Below, in pieces: positions 26,024 to 38,308 of a DNA stretch of 64,000 nucleotides (its first letter is position 1; the number at the start of each line of letters is the position of its first letter). The position numbers were made by a program, and so were the translations under genes. Location of the stretch: NCBI GenBank assembly GCA_964106915.2, contig OZ066930.1; one strand, given 5' to 3'. The stretch is from Podarcis gaigeae (Eukaryota). Below the pieces are notes generated by a model. That model saw only the letters and a list, made by a program, of their open reading frames with translations. It was not told the origin of the DNA and did no database searches.

Positions 26024-26145
26024 CACCGTCAGCTCATGAAGGACAGTTTCATGGTGGAGCTTGTCGAGGGAGCCCGTAAGCTGCGCCATGTTTTCCTCTT
26101 CACCGATCTATTCCTGTGTGCCAAGCTCAAGAAGCAGATTGGAGG
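26024..26145 (+). CDS. BCR: BCR exon 9 (PH)
   Basis: tggcag|CAC...GG|gtgagg; [40 protein letters not shown](G); 122 nt. Confidence 0.97.
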
Positions 26146-26589
26146 GTGAGGCTGTCCTGGGTGGGCTCCATGTGAAGGACCCATGTGTGTACATTTCATA
26201 AGGGAGTGGGGAGGAAAATATTTAAGAGCAGCTGGGCAACTGCCAGGTGCAACAGAGGCAAAGCACCAAACTGGAGCAGAAGTGATCCTCCCAATGGAGA
26301 GGCTAGCCCTTGTTCAGCTCAGATGCCTCTGAACATGTGCAGGGTGCCTTTCCATTACCTCTGAGAAACTGCAGACAACGAGAATAGGAGGGAGGACTTC
26401 CACTTAAGAGGGTGCAACTGCCGAGCATGTTTGAGCTCTGGTTCCTCTCTATGGTTTGGAACCTCCCAGATTGATTGCTGTCTGTGCTGCTGCATAGGGG
26501 CCTGCCCTTGGAAGCTGGAGCTGGCACAGAATCCAACTTCTAAGTATGGCAGTGCTAGTGGTAGTACACCATATAGCAGAAAGAGAATA

Positions 26590-27013
26590 CAGTCGTACCT
26601 TGGTTTTTGAACAGCTTAGTTCTCTAAAGTTTTGGCTCCTGAATGTTGCAAACCTGGAAGTGACTGTTCTGTTAGTGAACTATTTTTGAAAGCCGAATGT
26701 CTGACTGGCCTTCCACGGCTTCTGATTGGCTGCAGGAGGGGAGGGGAACAGAATCCAGGGAAGGGGGAGCCAGGTGGAAGCTCTAACATGGTACAGTCGT
26801 ACCTTGGATCTTGAACGCCTTGGCTCCCGAACAATTGAAACCCAGTTTTCGAATGTTCTTTTGGAAGCCGAACATCTGACTGGCCTTCCACGGCTTCTGA
26901 TTGGCTGCAGGAGCTTCCTGCGGCCAATCCGAAGCCGTGCTTTGGTTTTCGACTGTTTTGGAAGTCAAACGGACTTCCGGAACGGATTCTGTTCGACTTC
27001 CAAGGTACGACTG
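26590..27013. mobile_element. pogo/Tigger-like MITE composite (two left ends, at 26590 and 26794; one right end)
   Basis: TA|cagtcgtaccttgg at 26590 and again at 26794; right TIR ccaaggtacgactg|TA ending 27013. Confidence 0.8.
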
Positions 27014-27396
27014 TATATGTCAGTCAAAGAGCCATGCACCTCCTCACACTGGCCACTTCCATGGAAACCCAAGTTTATTTTCTTGCATTTCAACACATTT
27101 TTCCTGACTCGGGTGTTAGCATTCATCTCAGGAAAATGAACATGTGAAAGGCTTCCAAAGGCCAGATGGGTTTTGCAGCATTCTGGAAGGTGTTTAGGCA
27201 AGTTGTCAAAAGGAAAGATTCCTTTTGTAGTATGGGCCTGTAACACTGGAATGCATAAGGCAGGGAGCGGATTACCCTGGCTAAACTTTGGGGCTGCTTC
27301 AGGGAGGAGGACATCATCCTGCAAGTCTGTGGGGGCTAAGCTGCTTAAGGGGAGCAGAGGGGCAAGCTGGCTAACACTCTGCTTTCCTACTTGCAG

Positions 27397-27565
27397 GAAA
27401 AGCCAGCAGTATGACTGCAAATGGTACATTCCACTCTCAGACCTCAGCTTCCAAATGGTGGACGATTCAGAGGCAGTGCCGAACATCTCCCTTGTGCCAG
27501 ATGAGGAGCTGGATGCTATGAAGATCAAGATTTCTCAACTGAAGAGTGACATCCAACGGGAAAAA
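27397..27565 (+). CDS. BCR: BCR exon 10 (PH)
   Basis: ttgcag|G AAA...AAA|gtaaga; [56 protein letters not shown]; 169 nt. Confidence 0.97.
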
Positions 27566-28361
27566 GTAAGAGCAGAGGGGAGGAGGAGAATAAGAAATAT
27601 GAATAGTGCTTGGCAGTTATATCTGTTTTCAATGATATATTAACAACCTTTTCAACAGCCTCTGTAAGAGGCATAGGATGAGATGTACTGATTTGCCTCA
27701 TTGCATGGCTTTGTAGGGATTTGAACTAGGAACTTAAGTTTCATAGCCAGTGTGCTACTCATTGGGCTTGCTTTTATGCCCCGCCCCCTTTTCAGGGAGC
27801 AGCTGGCAGTACTGCTACCCCACCACCAATTGCTCAGCTAAGCATTCCTGCAGCAAAACAGCCTTCCCAGTCCTGCTTGGGTTGTGTTCAGCCCAGTCAG
27901 CTGGTAGGAAGAGCCCCATGCACATTCCTGAACTGTACAAAAGGCAATATAGTGTGAGAGGCTTTCTGCTGTAGGAAAGATTGGCTACACTTTGAGCCAA
28001 ACTCAGAATTAGGGATGGTCCACTTCAAGCATCCAGAAGTGTGAACACTGTTTAGCTGCTGCCTCGAGCTCACATCCTTCTCATTGAATGACTGAGTGGT
28101 GGTGGTGCTGGTAACAGTGGCAAGAGCAGGCAATGATGAGTGTGGAGCTCTCACTGGGGGTGTCCTCCACTCCTTCCCTAGCATCCATGTGAGTGAGGGA
28201 TGCTATGGCTGCCAGGGGAGTCCCTTTCACATGTTTGTTGGGCTCCTCACTCCAGAAGCCCTGAGATGGGCAGTTTCCAAGCTGGGTTGTAGGAGCAGAG
28301 TTCTGGGTTAAGGATGTATGTGAGGGTCACATGGGCAGGAAGCATAATGCCAGATAGAGCA

Positions 28362-28698
28362 TAAAGGTAAAGGGACCCCTGACCATTAGGTTCAGTCGTG
28401 ACCGACTCTGGGGTTGCGGCGCTCATCTCGCTTTATTGGCTGAGGGAGCCGGCGTACAGCTTCCGGGTCATGTGGCCAGCATGACTAAGCCACTTCTGGC
28501 GAACCAGAGCAGCACATGAAAATGCCGTTTACCTTCCTGCCGGAGCGGTACCTATTTATCTACTTGCACTTTGACGTGCTTTCAAACTGCTAGGTGGGCA
28601 GGAGCAGGGACCGAGCAACGGGAGCTCACCCCGTTGCGGGGATTCGAACCGCCGACCTTCTGTTCGGCAAGCCCTAGGCTCAGTGGTTTAACCCACAC
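28362..28698 (-). mobile_element. Sauria SINE
   Basis: near-identical to the 1402 copy over about 330 bp, including ggattcgaaccgccgacc. Confidence 0.9.
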
Positions 28699-28699
28699 C

Positions 28700-29130
28700 A
28701 TTTATTATTGTTGTTGTTATTATTATTATTATTATTGATTAAGCTTGTTAATTGCTTTATACAATTAACTCAGCAACTTACAAATGGCAAAAGGCGCAAT
28801 AAAACATATGAAAAACAAAATAATTAAAAGGTAATCAAGCCATGAAAACAATCTCTCCATCTCCTAAGAGAAGTCACACCACCCTAAAGAGCCCCCAAAG
28901 GAATACTGCCAGGAGCTGCAAAGGAAAACGCAAATAGAAGAGAAACCTCTTTGCATGATGCCATAAATATGTCTGTGCCATTGCTAGGCAAGCCTCCCTG
29001 GGAAGAGAATTTGATAGTTAGGGGGCTACTACTGAAAAGGCCCATTGCTTTGTTGGCATGGGCAACTTTGAATGGGGAAAGATATTCCTTGGGGTCCTGA
29101 ACCATGCAAGGCTTCATAGGTTAAAACCAG
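28700..29130 (-). mobile_element. Degraded L2-like LINE 3' fragment with (TAA)n tail
   Basis: (tta)n tail at 28701-28737; minus-strand remnant gccttttcagtagtagcccc; low identity. Confidence 0.5.
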
Positions 29131-29251
29131 TACCCCCACTTCTGGTTTAAGGAACCTAAATATTGAGATTCTTGTGAACGTCAAATTCCTGCATCTGTTG
29201 AGTTGTAAAAGAACATGATCTCATTTCCTCTTGGTTTTTTTTCTTCCTCAG

Positions 29252-29371
29252 AGGGCTAATAAGGGCAGTAAGAATATGGAGAGGTTGAAAAAGAAGCTTT
29301 CGGAGCAGGAATCCTTGCTTCTACTGATGTCTCCTAACATGGCATTCCGAGTGCATAACCGCAATGGCAAG
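29252..29371 (+). CDS. BCR: BCR exon 11 (PH)
   Basis: cctcag|AGG...AAG|gtgaga; [40 protein letters not shown]; 120 nt. Confidence 0.97.
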
Positions 29372-29986
29372 GTGAGAGGCCTTGTGGGCATCTCAGCTCA
29401 CTGACAAACAATTGGGGCTGAATGGGGCTGAACAGAGGAACCATGAGAGGTGGTTTTGTTCATGGCGTCTTGCACATGCCCCCAAAAAACTGAGTGAACA
29501 GAGCATGCCTGTTGCACACTTAGTGCTCACTACAGAAGCAGCAAAATGAATCAATGGCTGCTTTCATTTATTATTATTATTTATTAAATCTGTATACTGC
29601 CCTGTATCCGAAGATCACAGGGTGGTTCACAACATAAAATTTACTCCCATAGTATAATGAATGCAAAAAAGACCATTATCTCTGAAGCTGAAGGCTGGCA
29701 AATTAGAACATTAAGCCCAGCTGCTAGTTAATGGCGCAGGATCTTGTGATCTTTTGGGAGCTCTTTGTAATTGAACAGAATATGGGCAGAGCTGATGGCA
29801 GGCTGTGTAAACCCTTGCAAGGGAAACAGACTCTGGATTAAATGCTCTGTGCACTTTGTACCCTCAAAGACAGATGGCTTTGCTGACGTCATGCAAGTCT
29901 TAGCTGTTAATGTTGACACTGTTGAGACCTTCACCAAGATTTTCCAAACACAGGGAACTATTTTCTTCACATGCCATATGCATTTA

Positions 29987-30222
29987 CAGTGGTACCTCGG
30001 GTTACATACACTTCAGGTTACAGACGCTTCAGGTTACAGACTCCGCTAACCCAGAAATAGTACCTCGGGTTAAGAACTTTGCTTCAGGATGAGAACAGAA
30101 ATCCGGCAGCACGGCGGCAGCGGAAGGCCCCATTAGCTAAAGTGGTGCTTCAGGTTAAGAACAGTTTCAGGTTAAGAATGGACCACCGGAACGAATTAAA
30201 TACTTAACTCAAGGTACCACTG
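29987..30222. mobile_element. pogo/Tigger-like MITE
   Basis: TA|cagtggtacctcgggtta ... taactcaaggtaccactg|TA; internal ttcaggtta repeats. Confidence 0.85.
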
Positions 30223-30767
30223 TATATAAAAAACATTTCAACACTACCTGAAGTGAACAATCTGGCAAGAAGGCAAGCATGCAAATGGCTGATTTCTTTT
30301 GTCTGGAAAAAAAAGTTCATCAGCCCAAAAAAGGAAGAACAGAAAATTATAACCAGATTATTATTTTTTAAGAAAAGACAAAAGACTGTGTAGCACTATG
30401 CATTTAACAGACCAACAGGCGAAAGGTTATTTTCACCGTACAATGAAGAGTACTGTGAATGGTCACATATACCCCTAAGACACCAAACCTCAGGACATAA
30501 TTCCTAGATGGTACAACTCAATGGCTGCTTGAGCCAAAACTTGTAGAGTAAGACACATGAAGTTAATTTTTACTGTCCAGGAAAATGCTGTTAGTCTTGC
30601 AGAAAATTAATTAAAAATTGGGTGGCAGGGATATATGTTGGCTGTATTATGAACTTTGTATAATCTTATTTTAACACTTTAGATTGTTCTTTTTGTACAT
30701 ACTTTAGCTGTTGGATAAGGCAATATAAAATAAATAATCCTTGGGCGTCTTTTTCTCTGTCACTCAG

Positions 30768-30843
30768 AGTTACACATTCCTCATCTCATCTGACTACGAA
30801 CGGGCAGAGTGGCGAGAGATCATCCGGGAGCAGCAGAAGAAAT
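30768..30843 (+). CDS. BCR: BCR exon 12
   Basis: actcag|AGT...AAA T|gtacgt; SYTFLISSDYERAEWREIIREQQKK(C); 76 nt. Confidence 0.96.
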
Positions 30844-31507
30844 GTACGTGCCTATGCTCTGACTTCCCTAGGTGTGACCAGCAGGCATCCTGGGCTTGGA
30901 GAAATCAGAGGGGGGGACCTTGGGGCTGACCCTTCTGCCTGTCTAAGGCTGAACATGCCACTCTTCTGTGTGAGGGTTGCTGAATGTCCCATGTGTAGAT
31001 ATGCGGCCTTTCTTGACTGTGGTCTGGGTCCGATACAGATGTGTTTCTGTGAATCAGCACCTTCCAGGTGCTTCCCCTCCACTCCAGCGAGACCCCAAGG
31101 ATGGGGACTCCCAGCATGCTGTCCTCATGTAGGAAGAAATTTCTACAGTTCTGTGCTCATTATTGATGCAGTGACGCTACCTAGTCCAGCCATCATGCCC
31201 AGTGAGGAGCAGGTAACTTGTTGAGGGAGATCTCCAGGTTTATTAGAAGAGGGCCTTTCCTCTGTGAGAAAAGGCTTCTGCATGATTCCCACATGTGGCA
31301 AATTGTTTGGTAGGAGTTGGCTATCTGCTTGACCTTTTCTAGGATAACCGGGAATCGTAGTATTCTATTCCCAGGATCATTTCTGAGGATCCCTTATGGA
31401 TGTCTTTGTGGCAATAATACTCAAAGCAAAGAGGTCAGCATTACCGGCCTACACCTTTCTTCCCAAGTTTGCAGGAGATTAAAAGCCCATTCTCCTCTGA
31501 ATTGTAG

Positions 31508-31612
31508 GTTTCAAAAGCTTCTCGCTGACTTCAGTGGAGCTCCAGATGCTGACAAATTCCTGTGTGAAACTTCAGACTGTGCATCACATCCCCCTCACGA
31601 TAAACAAAGAAG
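31508..31612 (+). CDS. BCR: BCR exon 13 (human b2 equivalent)
   Basis: ttgtag|GT...GAA G|gtgaga; [34 protein letters not shown]; 105 nt. Confidence 0.97.
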
Positions 31613-32162
31613 GTGAGAACCCTGGAACCAATTGGCCTCATCTACCATTGCTCTTGACTATCTTGCCTCCAACAGTGGGGAGCACTCAAAGGGACGATTT
31701 CCAAGTGGCTGCTAGTGTCTAATGTGTGTGTTGGATCTATACCATTGCATACCAATAAAAGTACACAGTCCCAGTTCACTTCCCAGGCATAGGCATGGAG
31801 CCAGCCACCAGCTTTAGTCATCGTAGTGGTGAAAAACAGTGTCTTAAAAAGGCAGTGGCTCACTCTCAGTTCAGAAGCCTTTTTCATGCTCCCTGGATTT
31901 TGGGATGTTGCATAGTCTAATTCCTTATGCTCAGAGCTATAAACATTATAAAACTAAATTTCCATAGATTATGGAGCAGATCTTTTCCCCAAGCCACAAT
32001 AACATACATTGAAGGTTGTTAAATCTGGGATAAATGTGCTTACAGTCTTTAAACACACACATTTACGCCACAGAAATTGAATTTAACAGATATAGGGGGA
32101 TTTAATTTGTCTTTGCCACCGAGAGCCAGTTTAACTATCACATTTATATGTTTTTAACACAG

Positions 32163-32237
32163 ATGATGAGTCCCCTGGTCTCTATGGGTTCCTGAACGTC
32201 ATTGTCCATTCAGCCAGCGGCTTCAAGCAGAGCTCAA
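32163..32237 (+). CDS. BCR: BCR exon 14 (human b3 equivalent; start of C2)
   Basis: acacag|AT...TCA A|gtgagt; (D)[24 protein letters not shown]; 75 nt. Confidence 0.97.
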
Positions 32238-33200
32238 GTGAGTGGTAGTTGCATGGTAGCTGTGTGTGAATGCAAAGAGCTGGATTACCGTCATGCTAAG
32301 TATGATTTGGTGGTGCAGCTAGCAACCAAATGAAAGCCCCACTCTGGATTCAAGCAAGCCTCTGGTTGCCCACAGGGAGACGCTGGTGCTGCTGCCATAA
32401 CAATTGAATATAATGTTATGGAAGTGGATGGGAGACCCTGAAGAGTTGCAACCAGTCAGTGTAAACAGTCCTGAGCTAGATAGACCAAATGCTCTGTCTT
32501 GGTTTATGGCAGCTGCTTCCTATACTCCTTTGTTGTTTGGCTTCTTGCACAGCCCAATCAATGCACTTTCTCTCTGCAGTTATATAGCTGGCACACATAT
32601 GAAGGTGGTTGTCGCAGCACACCTAGTTGGCATTTTTGTGGCAGTCAGGAGAGTTGACCTTTGGAGGGCTCAAGGGATGGGTGGCCAGCTGGCCTCCCAT
32701 CTGGTAAATTCAGCCTATGCCGCTGTCTGGCAGGGGGTGTATTCCTGTGTGGGGAGTCTATCCTGGAAGCCTTTTAAAATGCACAGTGGTGACAGCTTGG
32801 TGACTGACACCTGGCATTTTAGGAAGGTCTTCTACGACAGAATGAAATTTAATAAATTCTTCCATCATTTGAGGTTGGGTTTTACAAATCAATCTTGTGG
32901 GATAATTGTCAAGAATGAGAATGAGCTTGCAATATAATCTTTACCTTGGAGTGGTTCTGGAAACTGAGACACTTGAGAGAAGAGCAGCCCTCCAAATATC
33001 GGGTGTCAGCAGAGACTACCATGGGACTGAAGGAAGCACCCTACTCTGGGAGGTGCTCCAAAGTGTAGATCACTGTTGCATGGACCAACCAGCAGTCAGA
33101 TTGATTGTGAGCGCATAGTCTGACCCAGCTGACCAAGGAAACTGCAAGAGATGTTGGTGACCCTAACCAAGCCATTGCTTCTTTGTCTTCCTCCTCCTAG

Positions 33201-33298
33201 ACCTCTACTGCACTTTAGAAGTGGATTCCTTTGGGTACTTCGTGAACAAGGCAAAAACGAGAGTTTACAGAGACACAGCAGAGCCCAACTGGAATGAG
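33201..33298 (+). CDS. BCR: BCR exon 15 (C2)
   Basis: tcctag|AC...GAG|gtaggc; (N)[32 protein letters not shown]; 98 nt. Confidence 0.97.
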
Positions 33299-33340
33299 GT
33301 AGGCTGTAGTGGTGGTCTGGGCTTCCTCTGATCACCACCT

Positions 33341-33622
33341 CTCATAGAGTCTTTGACAGTAGGAGGCCAGTGGTTCTGTTTGTACAGATTTAAATTGCTT
33401 TCTCCTTATGTGGTGCGTCAGGGAGGTTCCTGTAGATTTTTTGTCATGGCCTGCTCTTAAAAGGATGGGACCTTCATCTTACTCATAGAGTCTTTGACAG
33501 TAGAAGGCCAGTGGTTCTGTTTGTACAGATTTAAATTGCTTTCTCCTTATGTGGTGCGTCAGGGAGGTTCCTGTAGATTTTTTGTCATGGCCTGCTCCTA
33601 AAAGGATGGGACCCTCATCTTA
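33341..33622. repeat. 141-bp direct tandem duplication
   Basis: 33341-33481 and 33482-33622 differ at 3 positions by my count. Confidence 0.97.
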
Positions 33623-35184
33623 CTGCCACTGTCGGCATACAAATGGTTCCAAGAATTAATCCCATTTGAAAAGTGGTCATAACGAAATTCAGCTGTCTAA
33701 TTTGGGGGCCAAGTGTGGCAGTGCCCTTGTGGTTCCCTCCCATTTGTTTCAGTAAGGTGGGGGGGGGGAGAGAATTATCCTTTTGGATTTCCCCCTCTAT
33801 AGGCATCAAACTGTTTTGATCTAAATCCACCTCTTTAAAAATTCAGCAGGAGAGCATAGCGAGTCTTAGATGTAAATGCCACAGTTGCATCTTGTATGTG
33901 GACAGAGTCCCATCAGAGGAAAAAGCAGGGTATAAATAAATAGTATAAAAACAACAACAACTGACCACCATCATAACTGACTTGCAGCATTAACTGAGTG
34001 GGGAAAGTTCAAGGCCAATGCTGTGGCTTGCTTAGAGTGGTTAATCTTGGGCTGTATCCCTGAGGGCTGCTTTTGAGTAACTGTGAATCAGGCAGCTCCG
34101 TTGAATTTGTTTTGAATGACTTATGAAAGTGAAGGGGAAAGTAGCCAGAAGCAGAACAGTCTCTCTTTTGAGAACTGGGCAGTGGCACAGCTTGCAAGAG
34201 CAGCTGCCTCTATTGCTGTTTTTTATTCTAGTACAGCCTTCCTTATCCTGGTTCCCTGTAGATATTATAGACTACAATTCTCATCAGCCCCAGCCACTAT
34301 GAATGTTCTGTCTGAGGATGTTGGGAATTGCACTCCAAAACATTTGGAGGATGTCAAGATGGAAAGGGCCGCACTAGAGGGTTTCAGTGTTCTTATTTAG
34401 AGACCTATTACAATAGTTTAGCTCATCAAGATTTTTATTTTGATTAACAAAGTATACATGCCACTTACTCTGTAGAAAACCTCTAAGTAGTTTACAAAAG
34501 ATCTTTCCTCAGGAAATATGGAAGTTGCAGTATCTTTCCTGGCAAAGCCAAGAATTTGTCTCTCTCTGGAAAAGACCCAAGGGTGTGACAGTCATCCTTC
34601 ACATATGTCTTATGGTCTAGTCCTCATAAAGGTTTTTTATGCCCATGCTTTAATTGTATTTTACAATTAAATTTAATTGCATTTTACAATTGTAATTTAC
34701 TTGTAATTAATTGTATTTTTAAGTTTTTAATACCTTTCATTGTTTCATATTGCCTTTTTTATTGCTGCCTTTCTTATGTTAGGGGGAGGCTCCATAAGTT
34801 TAGTTAATAAAAAGCCCACCTCCCGTTGCCAGCAAAGTGCACAACCCCCTCCTTGGGGAACTATCTTATAGATTTATAGATTATGCAGACAGAAAGCTGT
34901 TTTGATTGCGCAGAAGTTGTTCCCCAGGTGGAAAACAGAATGAGACAAAATCTTCAGGATGCCCTTTCATAATTTCCCAAGAAATCTCTGTGATGTTAGT
35001 ACTTTGAGAGCTACAGCATGGGTAGCCAGTGTGGTGCCTGCCAGATGTTGTTGGACTACAGAATCTATCATCTTTGGCCATTGGCCATGCTGACTGGGGC
35101 TTATAAGAGTTGTCCAAAGCATCTAACTATCCTTGTTATGAAGAGTGAATCTCGACTAACTCAACTGCTGTTCTCCTGCTGCAG

Positions 35185-35316
35185 GAATTTGAGATAGAAC
35201 TGGAGGGTTCACAGACACTGCGAATCTTGTGCTACGAGAAGTGTTACAACAAAACCAAGCTTACCAAAGAAGATGGAGAGACCACAGACCGAATCATGGG
35301 CAAAGGCCAAATCCAG
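35185..35316 (+). CDS. BCR: BCR exon 16 (C2)
   Basis: ctgcag|GAA...CAG|gtgggc; [44 protein letters not shown]; 132 nt. Confidence 0.97.
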
Positions 35317-35763
35317 GTGGGCTGTTGGAATATATACCTTTGTAAAGGCAAGATGGCCATGTTTCTTTAAAGCATAGGGTCAGGAACAGGTGGCCTTCCA
35401 GATGTTGGACTCCAACCCCCATTGACCCAACCCAGAATGGCCAATGGCCAGTGGTGATGGGAACATCTGGAGGGTGCAACTTCCCCATCCCTAATTTAGA
35501 GCATCATATCTGTACAGGGTATCTGGGCTCCATGTGCATTGATCCACAACCCATAAAAGGCAAAATGGGAGCAGCCGTGGCCACACAGAAAGGTGGTGAG
35601 AAGCCCAATGTAGTAATGCTGGCTGGGGCTGATGGGAGTTGGAGTCCAAAACTTGTGGAGGGTACCAGCTTGGGGAAGATTGCAGTAAGAAGTAAATGGA
35701 GAGGAGTGACTGAAAGAGGCTACCACCCGTTTGGAGGACATGCTCATCTGAATAAACTACTTA

Positions 35764-36331
35764 CCGTATTTTTCGCTCCATAGGGCGCACCGGTCCATAG
35801 GGCGCACCTAGTTTATAGGGGGGGAAATAAAGATTTTTTTTTATCCCCCCCCCCCCCAGCTCCAAAGAGCAAAGAAGCCAAGACAGCCAGCGGGACTCGT
35901 TGTCTTGGCTTCGTTTTTAGCCGTGGGGCTGGGGTCGGGGGAAGCTCGGGCTTCCCAGAACAGGTCCGGGAGCGGCGGCAAGGTTGCGGCAGCCTTGCTG
36001 CCGCTCCTGGAACTTGCGGGGCTGGGGGAGTGCTACGAAGGTTTGCAGATAGCTGCCTGAAGCCCGGGAAGCGCAGCAGGAGTTGGCACTGCGCTCCCCG
36101 GGCTGCAGGCTGCTATCCGCAAGCCTTTGGAGCCTGGCGGCAACTCCCGCCGCGCTCCGAAGGCTTGTGGATAGCTTCCTGAAGCCTGGAGAGCAAGAGG
36201 GGTTGGTGCACACCGACCCCTCTCTCTCTCCAGGCTTCAGCGAAAGCCTGCATTCGCTCCATAGGACGCACACACATTTCCCCTTCATTTTTGGAGGGGG
36301 AAAAGTGCTTCATATAGAGCGAAAAATATGG
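35764..36331. mobile_element. Tc2-like non-autonomous element, longer CpG-rich variant
   Basis: TA|ccgtatttttcgctccatag ... atatagagcgaaaaatatgg|TA; shares subterminal gcctgcattcgctccata with the 2421 and 6091 copies. Confidence 0.8.
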
Positions 36332-36651
36332 TAGGTGCTTGATTAGCCTTTGGTCTTTTCAAAGCCTGCCCTTGAGAAAATCTAGTCTTCTTTCTTTGGA
36401 ACTTGTAAGACCTCTAGATGATGTCAGACATTAAGTTTTCCATCCCTCTCTCTGCTAGAGCTGGGTATAAATTATTCTTGCTTAACTATCCAATTGTGTG
36501 TTGCTAATCTGCTATTATCTTGACTGGAAATCTCACCCTCTCACTTCTGGGATTTGTGAATCATGCAGCTCTTTGTATCGTGGTGAATGCAGTGAGCCTT
36601 GGTGACTAGAGCTAGGACTGTTTATTAGCTTTACCTCTCTCTGTGTGTTTT

Positions 36652-36652
<1 letters not shown>

Positions 36653-36712
<60 letters not shown>
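36653..36712. repeat. Compound (GT)n(GA)n microsatellite
   Basis: directly visible. Confidence 0.98.
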
Positions 36713-36716
<4 letters not shown>

Positions 36717-37115
36717 GTTGAATAGGAAGGAAAGCCATCAACTGACTCTGTGTTTGGAAAAGCACGGCTGTTTTCCACAGAAGCAACAGGCAGCAAATTA
36801 ATGTTTCCTGTTCCATCATTTGGTCTCTCCGTCTCTGGAAAATGAGCAGCTCTTTTCTTTTGTTGGGGTTTACAGTTTATTTGCTGGAGGTTTCTGTAGA
36901 ATGTTTACACTGGAATTTGGAGAAGGTTTTGCTTGGAATGTAATTCTCTTAAAGACCTCCAACTTTTCATTCATGCTACAAATTGAAGCTACTTGCTGTC
37001 ACTCTGCATTTATTTTAGGTTTGTCACTTCCTGTAGCATTTGATGTCACTGTTAAAGTGAAATCCAAGGTGTGTTCTATGTGTTCCGTCAGTTTTTAATC
37101 TCATTTTGCAGAATA

Positions 37116-37322
37116 CAGTGGTACCTCTGGTTGTGAACGGGATCCGTTCCGGAGGCCCGTTCGCAACATGAAAAGCCCGCAACCTGAAGCACAGTATCTG
37201 CACAGGTGTGCGGCACGATTTGACACTTGTGCACATGCAGTGAAACCCAGAAGTAACCCTTTCTGGTACTTCCGGGTCGCCATGGGACACAACCTGAAAA
37301 AACGTAACATGAGGTATGACGG
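37116..37322. mobile_element. pogo/Tigger-like MITE
   Basis: TA|cagtggtacctc...gtgaacgggatccgttccgga ... gaggtatgacgg|TA. Confidence 0.8.
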
Positions 37323-37371
37323 TACATAGCCCACCTACTGGACCTCTTAACTTGTTACCTGTCACAACTGC

Positions 37372-37617
37372 AGAAGAAGAGGAGTTTGGATTTGATATCC
37401 CACCTTTTGCTCCTTTTAAGGAGTCTCAAAATGGCTAACATTCTCCTTTCCCTTCCTCCCCCACAACAAACACTCTGTGAGGTGAGTGGGGCTGAGAGAC
37501 TTCAAAGAAGTGTGACTAGCCCAAGGTCACCCAGCAGCTGCATGTGGAGGAGCGGAGACGCGAACCCGGTTCCCCAAATTACGAGACTACCGCTCTTAAC
37601 CGCTACACCACACTGGC
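37372..37617 (-). mobile_element. Squam3-type (MIR/Ther1-derived) SINE
   Basis: minus strand gccagtgtggtgtagcggttaagagcggtag...gaaccgggttcgcgtctccgctcctccacatgcagctgctgggtgaccttgggctagtcac... with (CTT)n tail. Confidence 0.88.
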
Positions 37618-37676
37618 GCATATACTCTCTGATGGAGTAGAACCCTGTGAAAGCTTCTGTCACTTCTGTTATGGTA

Positions 37677-37890
37677 ATAAGAACATAAGACGATCCCTGA
37701 TGCTGGGCAGAGTAGGCCCTGTCTAGTACAGAATCCCATTCTCACAGTGGTGAACCAGATGCCCATGGGAAGCACCCACGCAGGACCTGGGTACAATAGC
37801 AATCTCCCAACTGTTTATTCCCAGACGCCATATATGGAGGCATACTGCTTCTGATACTAGAAACAGAACATAGCCATTGATAGCCTTCAT
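37677..37890 (-). mobile_element. CR1-clade 3' end with (TTCTTATG) tail (related pieces near 5655, 10868, 18805, 19640, 53020)
   Basis: taagaacataaga tail and shared ccactgtgagaacaggatgctggactagatg-like core. Confidence 0.6.
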
Positions 37891-38308
37891 GAGTCTTTCA
37901 GGTGCTACAAGATTGATATTTTTGCAGCAAAATTGAGGCCTTTAATATTTCTTGGTTTTCTGTCATTGTGTCACAACAACAAATGCTGATTGCTTTACAA
38001 GAAATGAAAGCTAGTTCCTTCCCACTGATAGTGAAGTGTTTTGCTGTCATGCCATTAGGGCACTTTGAATGGATAAGTCCCTTTACCTTTTGGATGGGGA
38101 CCAGCACTGATCAAAACAGCTCCCTTTTGTTTACTGTTCTATCATGGCATGGTTGCCTTGGGGGCGCTCTTAGGAATGGGTTTGATGTGCAAACTGTTGC
38201 TCTGTTCCCTGCCCCTGTTTCCCTGTGGCCATGGCTTCTTTCTTTTTCTAAGCACCCCAGACAAAATTTCCAGGGAAGGGGAAGCCAGGCAGAAACTCTA
38301 ACATGGTA

